Of a stretch of 64,000 nt of DNA, positions 33,092 through 40,048 are shown piece by piece. The first letter of the stretch is position 1, and each line of letters starts with the position of its first letter. The DNA lies in assembly GCA_030704795.1 (NCBI GenBank), contig JAUYCZ010000003.1, forward strand, positions 2,412 to 66,411, given 5' to 3'. This DNA is from a bacterium. Lineage in GTDB: Bacteria; Patescibacteriota; Minisyncoccia; Minisyncoccales; GWA2-46-15. The notes beneath the pieces are model-generated. The model searched no databases, was not told the origin of the DNA, and worked only from the letters and a program-made list of their open reading frames with translations. The position numbers and the translations under genes are program-made.

Positions 33092-33721
33092 ATGAATCAA
33101 GAAATCCATTGTTCTAAACCAAGAACCTTGGTTGTTACCTGGACTGAGAAAAAGGAAGTCCGGGCGACCAAGGCCGTAATTCACGTCACCCTTGAGAGTA
33201 AAAAGATCATTTTTGGAGATGCGGCTATGAAGGAGGCGTCCGAACTCAATAGTCTGGTGGCTCAAATCAAGTCGATCGAGGGCATGGTCGAGTCCGACAT
33301 TAGCCTTATTGGCGTCTCAACCTCGGTCGAAGGTGGTGTTATTAACAAGTCCTCCGTCAGTTATCAAATTACCATTTCGGTAAAAAACCTAGAAGTCCTA
33401 TCATCGGTTTTCAACGTGCTTTTAGCCGATAAAGACGCCAAAGTAAAAAACATTTCTTGGCATTATCCAGTCGTTCCGGAAAGAGAGACATTGATGGAGA
33501 CGGCCATCGCCAGAGCTAAAGAAAAGGCAGAGAGAATCGCTCGTTTCTTGGGAATTAAAATCAGCGGTGTTTATAGTTTTGAAGAAGAGCCATCCCGTTA
33601 TTTTGGTTCGACCCGCCTTGAGAAATCAATTGGTGTCCGACCGCCGAATTACCTCGATTTCGAAGTTTCCGCGATCACCGAGATATCCCTAACGGTTAAA
33701 GTAGAATACCTGATTGACTAA
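33092..33721 (+). CDS. Hypothetical protein, possibly SIMPL (DUF541)-like
   Basis: 209 aa. The layout resembles SIMPL proteins (AIARAKEKAERIARFLGIKISGVYSFEE) but there is no signal peptide. Confidence 0.45.
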   Translation: MNQEIHCSKPRTLVVTWTEKKEVRATKAVIHVTLESKKIIFGDAAMKEASELNSLVAQIKSIEGMVESDISLIGVSTSVEGGVINKSSVSYQITISVKNLEVLSSVFNVLLADKDAKVKNISWHYPVVPERETLMETAIARAKEKAERIARFLGIKISGVYSFEEEPSRYFGSTRLEKSIGVRPPNYLDFEVSAITEISLTVKVEYLID

Positions 33722-33741
33722 GGGCGATAATATCCTATACT
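33714..33741 (+). promoter_or_regulatory. Sigma70-like promoter TTGACT-16-TATACT
   Basis: TTGACT 33714-33719 (overlaps the upstream stop codon) and TATACT 33736-33741. Confidence 0.5.
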
Positions 33742-33747
33742 GGGATT

Positions 33748-33916
33748 GAGGAGGGGGTGCGGGATGCTATTCCCTAAGGACAAATAGTTTTAATGAAGGA
33801 GACTAAAGGCGCCTTTCCGGCCATGTCCGGCGGGATCAAAAGACATGCCGAATTCATCAAGACCATTCCTCCCTCCTCAATAAAGATTCCCCCGCTTTGC
33901 GGGGGAGTTTTTGTTT
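33748..33916 (+). ncRNA. Candidate ~170-nt structured RNA of unknown class with its own promoter and intrinsic terminator
   Basis: P1 33745-33757 / 33869-33881 (13 bp). Hairpins at 33761-33774 and 33818-33850, plus a helix 33790-33797 / 33853-33860. Terminator TCCCCCGC TTT GCGGGGGA + TTTTTGTTT at 33888-33916. Confidence 0.4.
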
Positions 33917-33957
33917 CCTAGAAGAATGCCTTCGTGGTAAAATGAAAGAGCCAGAAA

Positions 33958-34659
33958 ATGAAAAAAACAGCCAATAACAACCTCTATTTTTCCGTTTCGG
34001 ACCATGATCCCAGCGATAAAGCCAGACTACAAAGGATGACGGCCGAATTTAAAATGGGATTTCATTTTCTTAAACGTTTGAAGAAAGAAAGAGTGGTTTC
34101 TTTTTTCGGTTCTCATTTGGACAAAGAAGATGAAAAAGAATACAAACAGGCGAGAGCTTTGGCAAAAATGCTGGTAAAACAGGGAATGGTTGTTCTGACG
34201 GGCGGCGGACCGGGCATCATGGAAGCAGCTAACCGCGGGGCCCTGGAGGCCGGCGGCCGGTCCCTGGGCCTCAACCTTGAGTTTCCCGATGGCGAACAAA
34301 GGAATAAATACGTTAAAGAAAGCGCCGATTTTCACTACTTGTTTGTCAGGAGAATGATGCTGGCTCACGCGGCCCAAGCTTACGTTTTTTTTCCCGGAGG
34401 ATTTGGCACTCTCGATGAATTTTTTGAAATCAGCACTTTGATTACCACCAAAAAACTTCATTATGCCATTCCGGTCGTTCTTGTCGGCCGAGATTACTGG
34501 CAGTCCCTTAAACAATGGCTGGAAGCCTTCCCGATGAAAAAATACCAGGCAATTTCTGCCAAAGAATTTTCTTTTTGGAAAATTGTTGATAATGAAAAAG
34601 AAGCTTTTGAACTATTAAAAGACATTTCACCGTATTATTTTCGTCACGAATCAGTTTAG
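33958..34659 (+). CDS. LOG-family (TIGR00730) nucleotide 5'-monophosphate nucleosidase-like protein
   Basis: GGGPGIMEAANRGA and PGGFGTLDEFFE motifs. Confidence 0.8.
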   Translation: MKKTANNNLYFSVSDHDPSDKARLQRMTAEFKMGFHFLKRLKKERVVSFFGSHLDKEDEKEYKQARALAKMLVKQGMVVLTGGGPGIMEAANRGALEAGGRSLGLNLEFPDGEQRNKYVKESADFHYLFVRRMMLAHAAQAYVFFPGGFGTLDEFFEISTLITTKKLHYAIPVVLVGRDYWQSLKQWLEAFPMKKYQAISAKEFSFWKIVDNEKEAFELLKDISPYYFRHESV

Positions 34660-34732
34660 GCAAAGGTCGACAAAACTTTAAGACAAAATTTACTAATATA
34701 GCGGGCGGGACGCCCGATATATCATACTCGCT

Positions 34733-35011
34733 ATGAGTTGCGGACACTGCGAAAATCATGAAAATCTGGGAGAGCTAATCGGCAAGGTGAGCCATTATTT
34801 TGACAAGGCGGGCGTGGCCGTGATTGAATTATCCGGACCCCTGAAAGCAGGTGATCAGATCAGGATTGTCGGCGGAGAAACTGACTTCACCCAAGAGGTG
34901 GATTCCATGGAGATAGAACATCAGAAGATTCAAGAAGCAAAGAAAGGAGATTCAGTTGGCTTGAAAGCGGCTCAGAAGGTTCACGACGGCTACAAAGTGT
35001 ATAAAGTTTAA
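34733..35011 (+). CDS. Small beta-barrel protein (EF-Tu domain-2-like), unknown function
   Basis: 92 aa: GKVSHYFDKAGVAVIELSGPLKAGDQIRIVG...GDSVGLK. Confidence 0.55.
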   Translation: MSCGHCENHENLGELIGKVSHYFDKAGVAVIELSGPLKAGDQIRIVGGETDFTQEVDSMEIEHQKIQEAKKGDSVGLKAAQKVHDGYKVYKV

Positions 35012-35028
35012 ATCCCAGGTCTTATTCC

Positions 35029-35385
35029 ATGTTTTCAAAGGCTCAAAAAATCCTAGGCTTAGTTTTGCTTACGGCGGGCCTGGCCATCATTGTTTGGGGT
35101 CTTTATTCTTCTTTTCAGATTTTTACGGCCAAAGTTCAGCCACCAGAGATTTTTGTGCTTCCACTCCAGGAAAAAATGAGTCCGGCCAAATCAAGCGCAA
35201 ACTCTTTGCTCGGCGGCTTGATGGGTGTTGATATTGAAAAGGTCATGGGCAGCGAAATTCAAAAGATTCTTCCGGCAGACTATTTGCCGCGATTGTTGAA
35301 TCTTCTGAGTTGGTCGGTTTTCAGCGGTATTTTGTTTTTTGGCGGCAGCCAGCTCGCCGGCCTGGGCATAAAACTGATAAAATAA
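35029..35385 (+). CDS. Hypothetical membrane protein (2 TM)
   Basis: 118 aa; hydrophobic helices at the N- and C-termini. Confidence 0.55.
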   Translation: MFSKAQKILGLVLLTAGLAIIVWGLYSSFQIFTAKVQPPEIFVLPLQEKMSPAKSSANSLLGGLMGVDIEKVMGSEIQKILPADYLPRLLNLLSWSVFSGILFFGGSQLAGLGIKLIK

Positions 35386-35391
35386 TACCCC

Positions 35392-35419
35392 TTGACTAAG
35401 GCCGAATATCTGTTACAAT
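35392..35419 (+). promoter_or_regulatory. Near-consensus promoter TTGACT-16-(TGt)TACAAT
   Basis: TTGACT 35392-35397, extended -10 TGTTACAAT 35411-35419. Confidence 0.6.
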
Positions 35420-35583
35420 CTAGCCAGCCGAGAAGTTTCGTCTTAATCAGTTTTAGTTTCTAATTCGAGCCTCAGCGAGAATTAAGGTTCTCGCAAAGCG
35501 AGGTTCTTAAGACAAAAAGCGAGTTAAGTACGAGCGACTAGGCAAAGGTCGTTTTAGTCATTTAGCGCAATTCATTAAAGCAA

Positions 35584-35760
35584 ATGTTTCAGAAATTTAA
35601 TCCTGCCGGAGGAAGCTTTGAGCGAAAAATGTATCAAGGAGATTGGACCTGCTCAGAGTGCGGAGCCAAGATTACCGAACTCCCCTTCCAACCCTCGGCC
35701 GATAGACCAGTCTATTGCCGAGAGTGCCATTCAAAAAAGAGAGAATCTTTTGGCAGATAA
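35584..35760 (+). CDS. 58-aa CxxC-x17-CxxC zinc-ribbon protein (below the ORF-track cutoff)
   Basis: Hand translation gives MFQKFNPAGGSFERKMYQGDWTCSECGAKITELPFQPSADRPVYCRECHSKKRESFGR. The pattern CSEC...PF.P....PVYC.EC matches the CxxC-x17-CxxC domain family as I remember it. Confidence 0.7.
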   Translation: MFQKFNPAGGSFERKMYQGDWTCSECGAKITELPFQPSADRPVYCRECHSKKRESFGR

Positions 35761-35815
35761 GCAAGCTTAGCCTCGCTAGGGTGAGGTAAGCAAGCTTAGC
35801 CTCGCTAGGGCGAGG
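35758..35815. repeat. Two directly abutting 29-nt units TAAGCAAGCTTAGCCTCGCTAGGG(T/C)GAGG
   Basis: 35758-35786 and 35787-35815 differ at one position. The first TAA is the stop codon of the Zn-ribbon gene. The unit is 28/29 identical to 21328-21356. Confidence 0.8.
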
Positions 35816-35821
35816 TAATCT

Positions 35822-35857
35822 AAAGGGAAAACGGGCTTTGACGCCCGTTTTCCCTTT
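35822..35857 (+). terminator. 15-bp perfect hairpin terminator
   Basis: AAAGGGAAAACGGGC (6-nt loop) GCCCGTTTTCCCTTT. Confidence 0.6.
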
Positions 35858-35881
35858 GTTCTATCAACTGATTTATAAATC

Positions 35882-35963
35882 TTGACTAGTTAATTGTTTT
35901 GTCTTAAGATGTGGGAATTTGAGGCGGGGCAAGATTGACATCTCATTGAGGCGGGTTTAAGAT
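35882..35963 (+). promoter_or_regulatory. Tandem duplicated promoters upstream of greA (each TTGACx-17-TAAGAT)
   Basis: TTGACT 35882-35887 / TAAGAT 35905-35910 and TTGACA 35935-35940 / TAAGAT 35958-35963. TTGAGGCGGG also occurs twice. Confidence 0.5.
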
Positions 35964-36008
35964 GTCATGTGTAAATTGCCAGCAAGGTTTTTGGTGTAAA
36001 AGACTAAT

Positions 36009-36476
36009 ATGATGAATCAAGGGAATATTTTCCTGACCAAGGAGGGAAGGACAAGATTAGAACGAGAATTCGCTGAGCTTTTGCGGCTTAAGGTTTTTAA
36101 AACCAGTGGCGAATCACCGCGAATTTTTCACTCAGAAGATATTAATCCGGAGTTTTTAGCTTTTCAGGAAGACATGGATTTATTAGACGCGCGCATCATC
36201 GAACTTGAGGCGATCTTAAAAGGTGCCCAATTAATAAAACCACCACCCAAAGATCAGCAAAACCTGATCAGCCTTGGCGCCAAGGTCATGATTGAGATTG
36301 ACGGCGAAGAAGATGAATTTGAAATTATCGGTAGCCTCGAGGCCAGCCCTTCTCTGGGCAAGATCAGTAACGAGTGTCCGGTGGGGAAAAACTTATTGGG
36401 GCACAAGGTGGGAGACGAGGTTATTGTTGGTACCAACCCCAAAATCGTTTACAAGATTAAAAAAGTTAAATACTAG
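36009..36476 (+). CDS. greA: Transcription elongation factor GreA family
   Basis: FLTKEGRTRLEREFAELL N-terminal coiled coil; C-terminal GKISNECPVGKNLLGHKVGDEVIV. Confidence 0.8.
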   Translation: MMNQGNIFLTKEGRTRLEREFAELLRLKVFKTSGESPRIFHSEDINPEFLAFQEDMDLLDARIIELEAILKGAQLIKPPPKDQQNLISLGAKVMIEIDGEEDEFEIIGSLEASPSLGKISNECPVGKNLLGHKVGDEVIVGTNPKIVYKIKKVKY

Positions 36477-36478
36477 AG

Positions 36479-37123
36479 ATGGGAGAAATGAAGCCTTTTA
36501 TCAGGTTTTTCACCGAAGTCGGCAAGCTCCGGAAGGTTCCGCGACGCGGCGGGGTTCTGATCGGCTCAAAGTCGCCCTCCAGCATCACGGATCATCTTTT
36601 TAGGGTCGCTCTCATGGCTTTGGTTTTGGGCCGGGAAAAGAAGGGAAACTTAAATATGACCAAGGTCTTGGAAATGGCCTTGGTTCATGATCTTTGCGAG
36701 CTTTATACGGGCGATAAAAGTCCCTATGACCACAATTCGATTTTACCCGGGGACAAGAAGAAATGGCCGGAGTTATTTGATCGGTGGCCGAGACTGACAA
36801 CCCTGGAGAAAAAAAGAAAATCTTTGCAGAAATATAAAAGCGAAGGGACGGCTCTCGATAAATTACTCAAGGGTTTACCTCCGGATATCAAGAGAGAAAT
36901 TAAAAACAGTTGGGCGGAATACGAGAAAGGCTTGACCAAAGAGGCAAGATTCATGAAACAGATTAACCGCCTGGAAACCCTTTTGAGCGCATTAGAATAC
37001 GGTCGGGAAGAAAAAATCCGTGTTTATAAATCTTGGTGGGTCGGTTCGAAAGAAAGGATTGATGACCCGACTTTAATTAAGTTTATGGATTCTCTCGCCA
37101 AAGAATTTCCTTCGAAGAGATAG
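36479..37123 (+). CDS. HD-domain phosphohydrolase (YfbR-like)
   Basis: H...HDLCELYTGD motif; 214 aa. Confidence 0.7.
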   Translation: MGEMKPFIRFFTEVGKLRKVPRRGGVLIGSKSPSSITDHLFRVALMALVLGREKKGNLNMTKVLEMALVHDLCELYTGDKSPYDHNSILPGDKKKWPELFDRWPRLTTLEKKRKSLQKYKSEGTALDKLLKGLPPDIKREIKNSWAEYEKGLTKEARFMKQINRLETLLSALEYGREEKIRVYKSWWVGSKERIDDPTLIKFMDSLAKEFPSKR

Positions 37124-37133
37124 AGGCGGTCCC

Positions 37134-38897
37134 GTGACGAAAAACCAGGAGTTGGCAAAAATATTTTCCGAAATCGCTGTCTTTCTTAAAATGGACAGCA
37201 TCGCCTTTCGGCCTCAGGCTTATGAAAAGGCGGCTTTTGCTCTCGAAACCCTAAATCAAGACGTTGAGGAGATTTATCAAAAGAAAGGAATCCACGGCTT
37301 AAAAGAGATTCCCGGGATCGGTTTGACCATCGCCGAGAGAATCGAGGAATATCTAAAAACTGACAAAATTAAATATTATCAAGAACTCAAAGAAAAGATG
37401 CCGGTTAATCTTGAGGAGCTCCTTGCGGTTGAAGGCATTGGTCCCAAAATAGTGAAAGAACTCTATCGCCGCTTGAAGATAAAAAACCTCGGGGAGCTGG
37501 AAAAAGCGGCTAAGAACGGGAAGATTCGTTCCTTGGCCAATTTTGGCGAAAAGACGGAAAAGAATATCCTGCAGAGCATCGAGTTCCTACGGCGAAGCCG
37601 TGACCGTGGCCGGTTTTTACTAGGAGAGATTCTGCCCGAGATAGAAGAGATCATTCTCAAACTCAAAGAGCTAAAAGAGGTGAAAAGAATTAGTCTGGCC
37701 GGATCATTGCGGCGACGCCAGGAAACGATTGGCGATGCCGATATTTTAGTCGTCAGTCAAAAACCCCAGCCCGTCGTCAATTTTTTCGTGACTCTGCCCG
37801 GCGTCGTTAAAATCTGGGGTCAAGGGCAGACCAAAGCTTCCATCCGGCTGAGAAGAGGGATTGACATCGATTTAAGAATCGTGCCCAAGAAGAGTTACGG
37901 CGCCGCTCTCCAGTATTTCACTGGTTCTAAAGAGCACAATATTATGACCAGGAAGATGGCCATGGAAAAGGGATTAAAACTGAACGAGTACGGTCTTTTT
38001 AAGGGGCCAAAAATGATGGCCAGCGAAAGCGAGGAAGATATTTACCGGGCTATTGGCCTTCCTTTGATTGAGCCAGAGTTAAGAGAGGGCCAAGGAGAGG
38101 TTGAGGCAGCCCTTCGACAAGCTCAGGGTAAACTACCCGGATTGCCAAAACTAATCGAATATAAGGATATTCGGGGAGATCTTCATTGTCATTCCAGCTG
38201 GGACGGCGGCCGCAACACTATTCTCGCTATGGCCCAGGCGGCCCAGCAAAAAGGTTATCAATATATCGGCATTTCCGACCACACGAAATTCCTAAAGATA
38301 GAGCACGGGTTAGATGAAAAACAGTTGTTGGCCCAGAGAGAGGAAATAGAAAAACTAAATACTAGATACAAGATACGAAATACTAGATTCAGAATTCTCC
38401 ACGGTTGCGAGGCCAATATCCTGAATGATGGCTCAATCGACATTAAGGATGAAGCCTTGGCCAAACTCGATTTTGTCATTGCCGGAGTCCACTCCAATCT
38501 TAAAATGACCAAAGAGCAGATGACGCGGCGCTTGATCCGAGCCATGAGGAATCCTCACGTTGACATCATTTCTCATCCGACCGGCCGCTTGCTGCAGAGA
38601 CGGGAAGAATACCAGATTGATCTTGATGCCGTCTTGAGGGTCGCTCAAGAAACAAAAACCGTCCTGGAAATTAATTCTTCTCCGGGGAGACTCGATTTAA
38701 AAGACATTAATATCCGCCGGGCCAAATCTTTGGGCATTAAAATGGTCATCAATACCGATTCTCACATGAAGGAACAGATGAGGTTTATCGAGCTGGGGGT
38801 GGCCCAGGCCCGGAGGGGCTGGGCCGAGAAGTCCGATATCATTAATTGCTGGCCCTTGGCCAAGCTTTTGAGTTTTTTGAAAAACCACCCTCGCTAA
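37134..38897 (+). CDS. polX: Family X DNA polymerase with C-terminal PHP domain
   Basis: GTG start. HhH motifs, GSLRRRQETIGDADILV (catalytic Asp pair), PHP HCHSSWDGG...GISDH. Confidence 0.85.
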   Translation: MTKNQELAKIFSEIAVFLKMDSIAFRPQAYEKAAFALETLNQDVEEIYQKKGIHGLKEIPGIGLTIAERIEEYLKTDKIKYYQELKEKMPVNLEELLAVEGIGPKIVKELYRRLKIKNLGELEKAAKNGKIRSLANFGEKTEKNILQSIEFLRRSRDRGRFLLGEILPEIEEIILKLKELKEVKRISLAGSLRRRQETIGDADILVVSQKPQPVVNFFVTLPGVVKIWGQGQTKASIRLRRGIDIDLRIVPKKSYGAALQYFTGSKEHNIMTRKMAMEKGLKLNEYGLFKGPKMMASESEEDIYRAIGLPLIEPELREGQGEVEAALRQAQGKLPGLPKLIEYKDIRGDLHCHSSWDGGRNTILAMAQAAQQKGYQYIGISDHTKFLKIEHGLDEKQLLAQREEIEKLNTRYKIRNTRFRILHGCEANILNDGSIDIKDEALAKLDFVIAGVHSNLKMTKEQMTRRLIRAMRNPHVDIISHPTGRLLQRREEYQIDLDAVLRVAQETKTVLEINSSPGRLDLKDINIRRAKSLGIKMVINTDSHMKEQMRFIELGVAQARRGWAEKSDIINCWPLAKLLSFLKNHPR

Positions 38898-38915
38898 TCA
38901 GCGAGGGCGGTTTTT
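38888..38915. terminator. Bidirectional hairpin terminator between convergent polX and rplT
   Basis: CCCTCGCT AATC AGCGAGGG with T-runs on both strands. The polX stop codon lies in the loop. Confidence 0.6.
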
Positions 38916-39264
38916 ATTTAGTCTTTGTCTCTTCGACGATCTGCTGGAAGATTTCGGGATATTTTTGAGCGAGCTTGGCCAAGACCTTGCGATCAATCTC
39001 GATATTCTTCTCTTTGAGGCCGTGCATGAAGCGACTGTAAGAAAGGCCGAGGCTTTTGGTGGCGGCCCCAATCTGGATCTGCCAGAGCCGGCGAAATTCT
39101 CTTTTTTTGACTCGACGGTCTCGGAAGGCATAACGGCCAGCGTGAAAGAGGGCTTCTTTGGCCTGTCTCAGTTTCGATTTCCTGCCCCAGCGAAAACCCT
39201 TCGTCTGTTTTAAGATGTTTTTTCTTCTCTTTTGACTGGTTTTTCCGCCTTTAACTCGGACCAT
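38914..39264 (-). CDS. rplT: 50S ribosomal protein L20
   Basis: MVRVKGGKTSQKRRKNILKQTKGFRWGRK... Confidence 0.9.
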   Translation of the reverse strand: MVRVKGGKTSQKRRKNILKQTKGFRWGRKSKLRQAKEALFHAGRYAFRDRRVKKREFRRLWQIQIGAATKSLGLSYSRFMHGLKEKNIEIDRKVLAKLAQKYPEIFQQIVEETKTK

Positions 39265-39267
39265 GGT

Positions 39268-39444
39268 CTAGTAGATAAATTTTTTAATCCTTTTTAATTC
39301 CGACTTAGACAGACGGACCATTTTTCTCTTTCGGCGAATCCTCTTGCCCGACTTTTTGGCTAAATAATGATTTAAGCCAATGACGCGGCGCAAGACTTTG
39401 CCATTTTTGGTAATCTTAAGGCGTTTCAAAATTGATTTTCTCAT
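39268..39444 (-). CDS. rpmI: 50S ribosomal protein L35 (58 aa; below the ORF-track cutoff)
   Basis: Hand translation gives MRKSILKRLKITKNGKVLRRVIGLNHYLAKKSGKRIRRKRKMVRLSKSELKRIKKFIY. infC-rpmI-rplT synteny. Confidence 0.85.
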   Translation of the reverse strand: MRKSILKRLKITKNGKVLRRVIGLNHYLAKKSGKRIRRKRKMVRLSKSELKRIKKFIY

Positions 39445-39491
39445 TTCGAGTTAGGCGAGAAACAAGGTTCTCGCCAAAGGTGAGGTTCTTA
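39445..39491. repeat. Three-segment hairpin repeat (GGCGAGAA / TTCTCGCC / GGTGAGG) in the infC-rpmI spacer
   Basis: TTCGAGTTAGGCGAGAAACAAGGTTCTCGCCAAAGGTGAGGTTCTTA, closely similar to 35463-35510 and 7456-7528. Confidence 0.7.
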
Positions 39492-39494
39492 TAT

Positions 39495-40007
39495 TTACTG
39501 CTTAGAAATAATCATAGTAAAGCCTCTCGAGCCTTTTTTGAGGTCGGTTTCCAGCTTGACGGGAACGCTTTTGTTCAAAATCTCTAGGAACCGACTGACT
39601 TTTTGCCTGGCGAGATGGCTCAGGGCCTTCTCTCGGCCGCGCAAAACCATTTCAATGAGAACCTTGTTCCCCTGGTTAAGAAACTTTTCTGCTTGTTTGG
39701 CTCTGATTTCCATGTCGTGAGGAGAGATGCCGAATGAAAGCCGAATGCCCTTTATCTGTCCGCCTTTCTGTTTTCTGATTTCTTTCTGTTTTTTCTCTTG
39801 CCAATAAAGATACTTTCCGTAGTCACCCAGGCGGCAAACCGGCGGGACAACCTTTTCGGTGACCTGGATTAAATCTAAATGGCGCTCCTGGGCTAGTTGG
39901 AGCGCATCTTTTAAACTAACAACTCCCAGCTGTTTTCCCGTTTCGTCAACCAACCTGATTTCGGCGGCCCTTATTTGATTGTTAACCGGCGTTCGCTTTA
40001 GAATAAT
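39495..40007 (-). CDS. infC: Translation initiation factor IF-3, probably with an ATT start
   Basis: The frame stays open upstream of the track's TTG, giving (M)ILKRTPVNNQIRAAEIRLVDETGKQLGV, the conserved IF-3 N-terminus. There is no ATG; ATT at 40005-40007 follows a TAG. An AUU start is the known infC autoregulatory feature. Confidence 0.8.
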   Translation of the reverse strand: MILKRTPVNNQIRAAEIRLVDETGKQLGVVSLKDALQLAQERHLDLIQVTEKVVPPVCRLGDYGKYLYWQEKKQKEIRKQKGGQIKGIRLSFGISPHDMEIRAKQAEKFLNQGNKVLIEMVLRGREKALSHLARQKVSRFLEILNKSVPVKLETDLKKGSRGFTMIISKQ

Positions 40008-40048
40008 TTTTCGATGAGTTTTTAATTCTAAAAACTATAAACTAGAAG

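Noticed and set aside
32130-33721. Integrated prophage or genomic island at tRNA-Arg
   Set aside because: Only a single Y1 transposase gene with its hairpins is present. There is no integrase, no direct repeat of the tRNA 3' end, and normal housekeeping-type genes resume immediately.
33748-33916. Identification of the structured RNAs at 33748-33916 and 15288-15427 as SRP RNA, 6S RNA or a known riboswitch
   Set aside because: I found no GNRA-capped helix-8 motif (GGAA flanked by AGCA/AGG loops), no RNase P or TPP/SAM/purine/glycine signatures, and no 6S-like central bubble that I could justify by eye. The class is left unassigned.
35758-35815. Possible mini-CRISPR (two 29-nt direct repeats; the same unit at 21328)
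   Set aside because: The repeats abut directly with no spacers, there are only two units, no cas genes are in the window, and the unit is itself a dispersed hairpin repeat.
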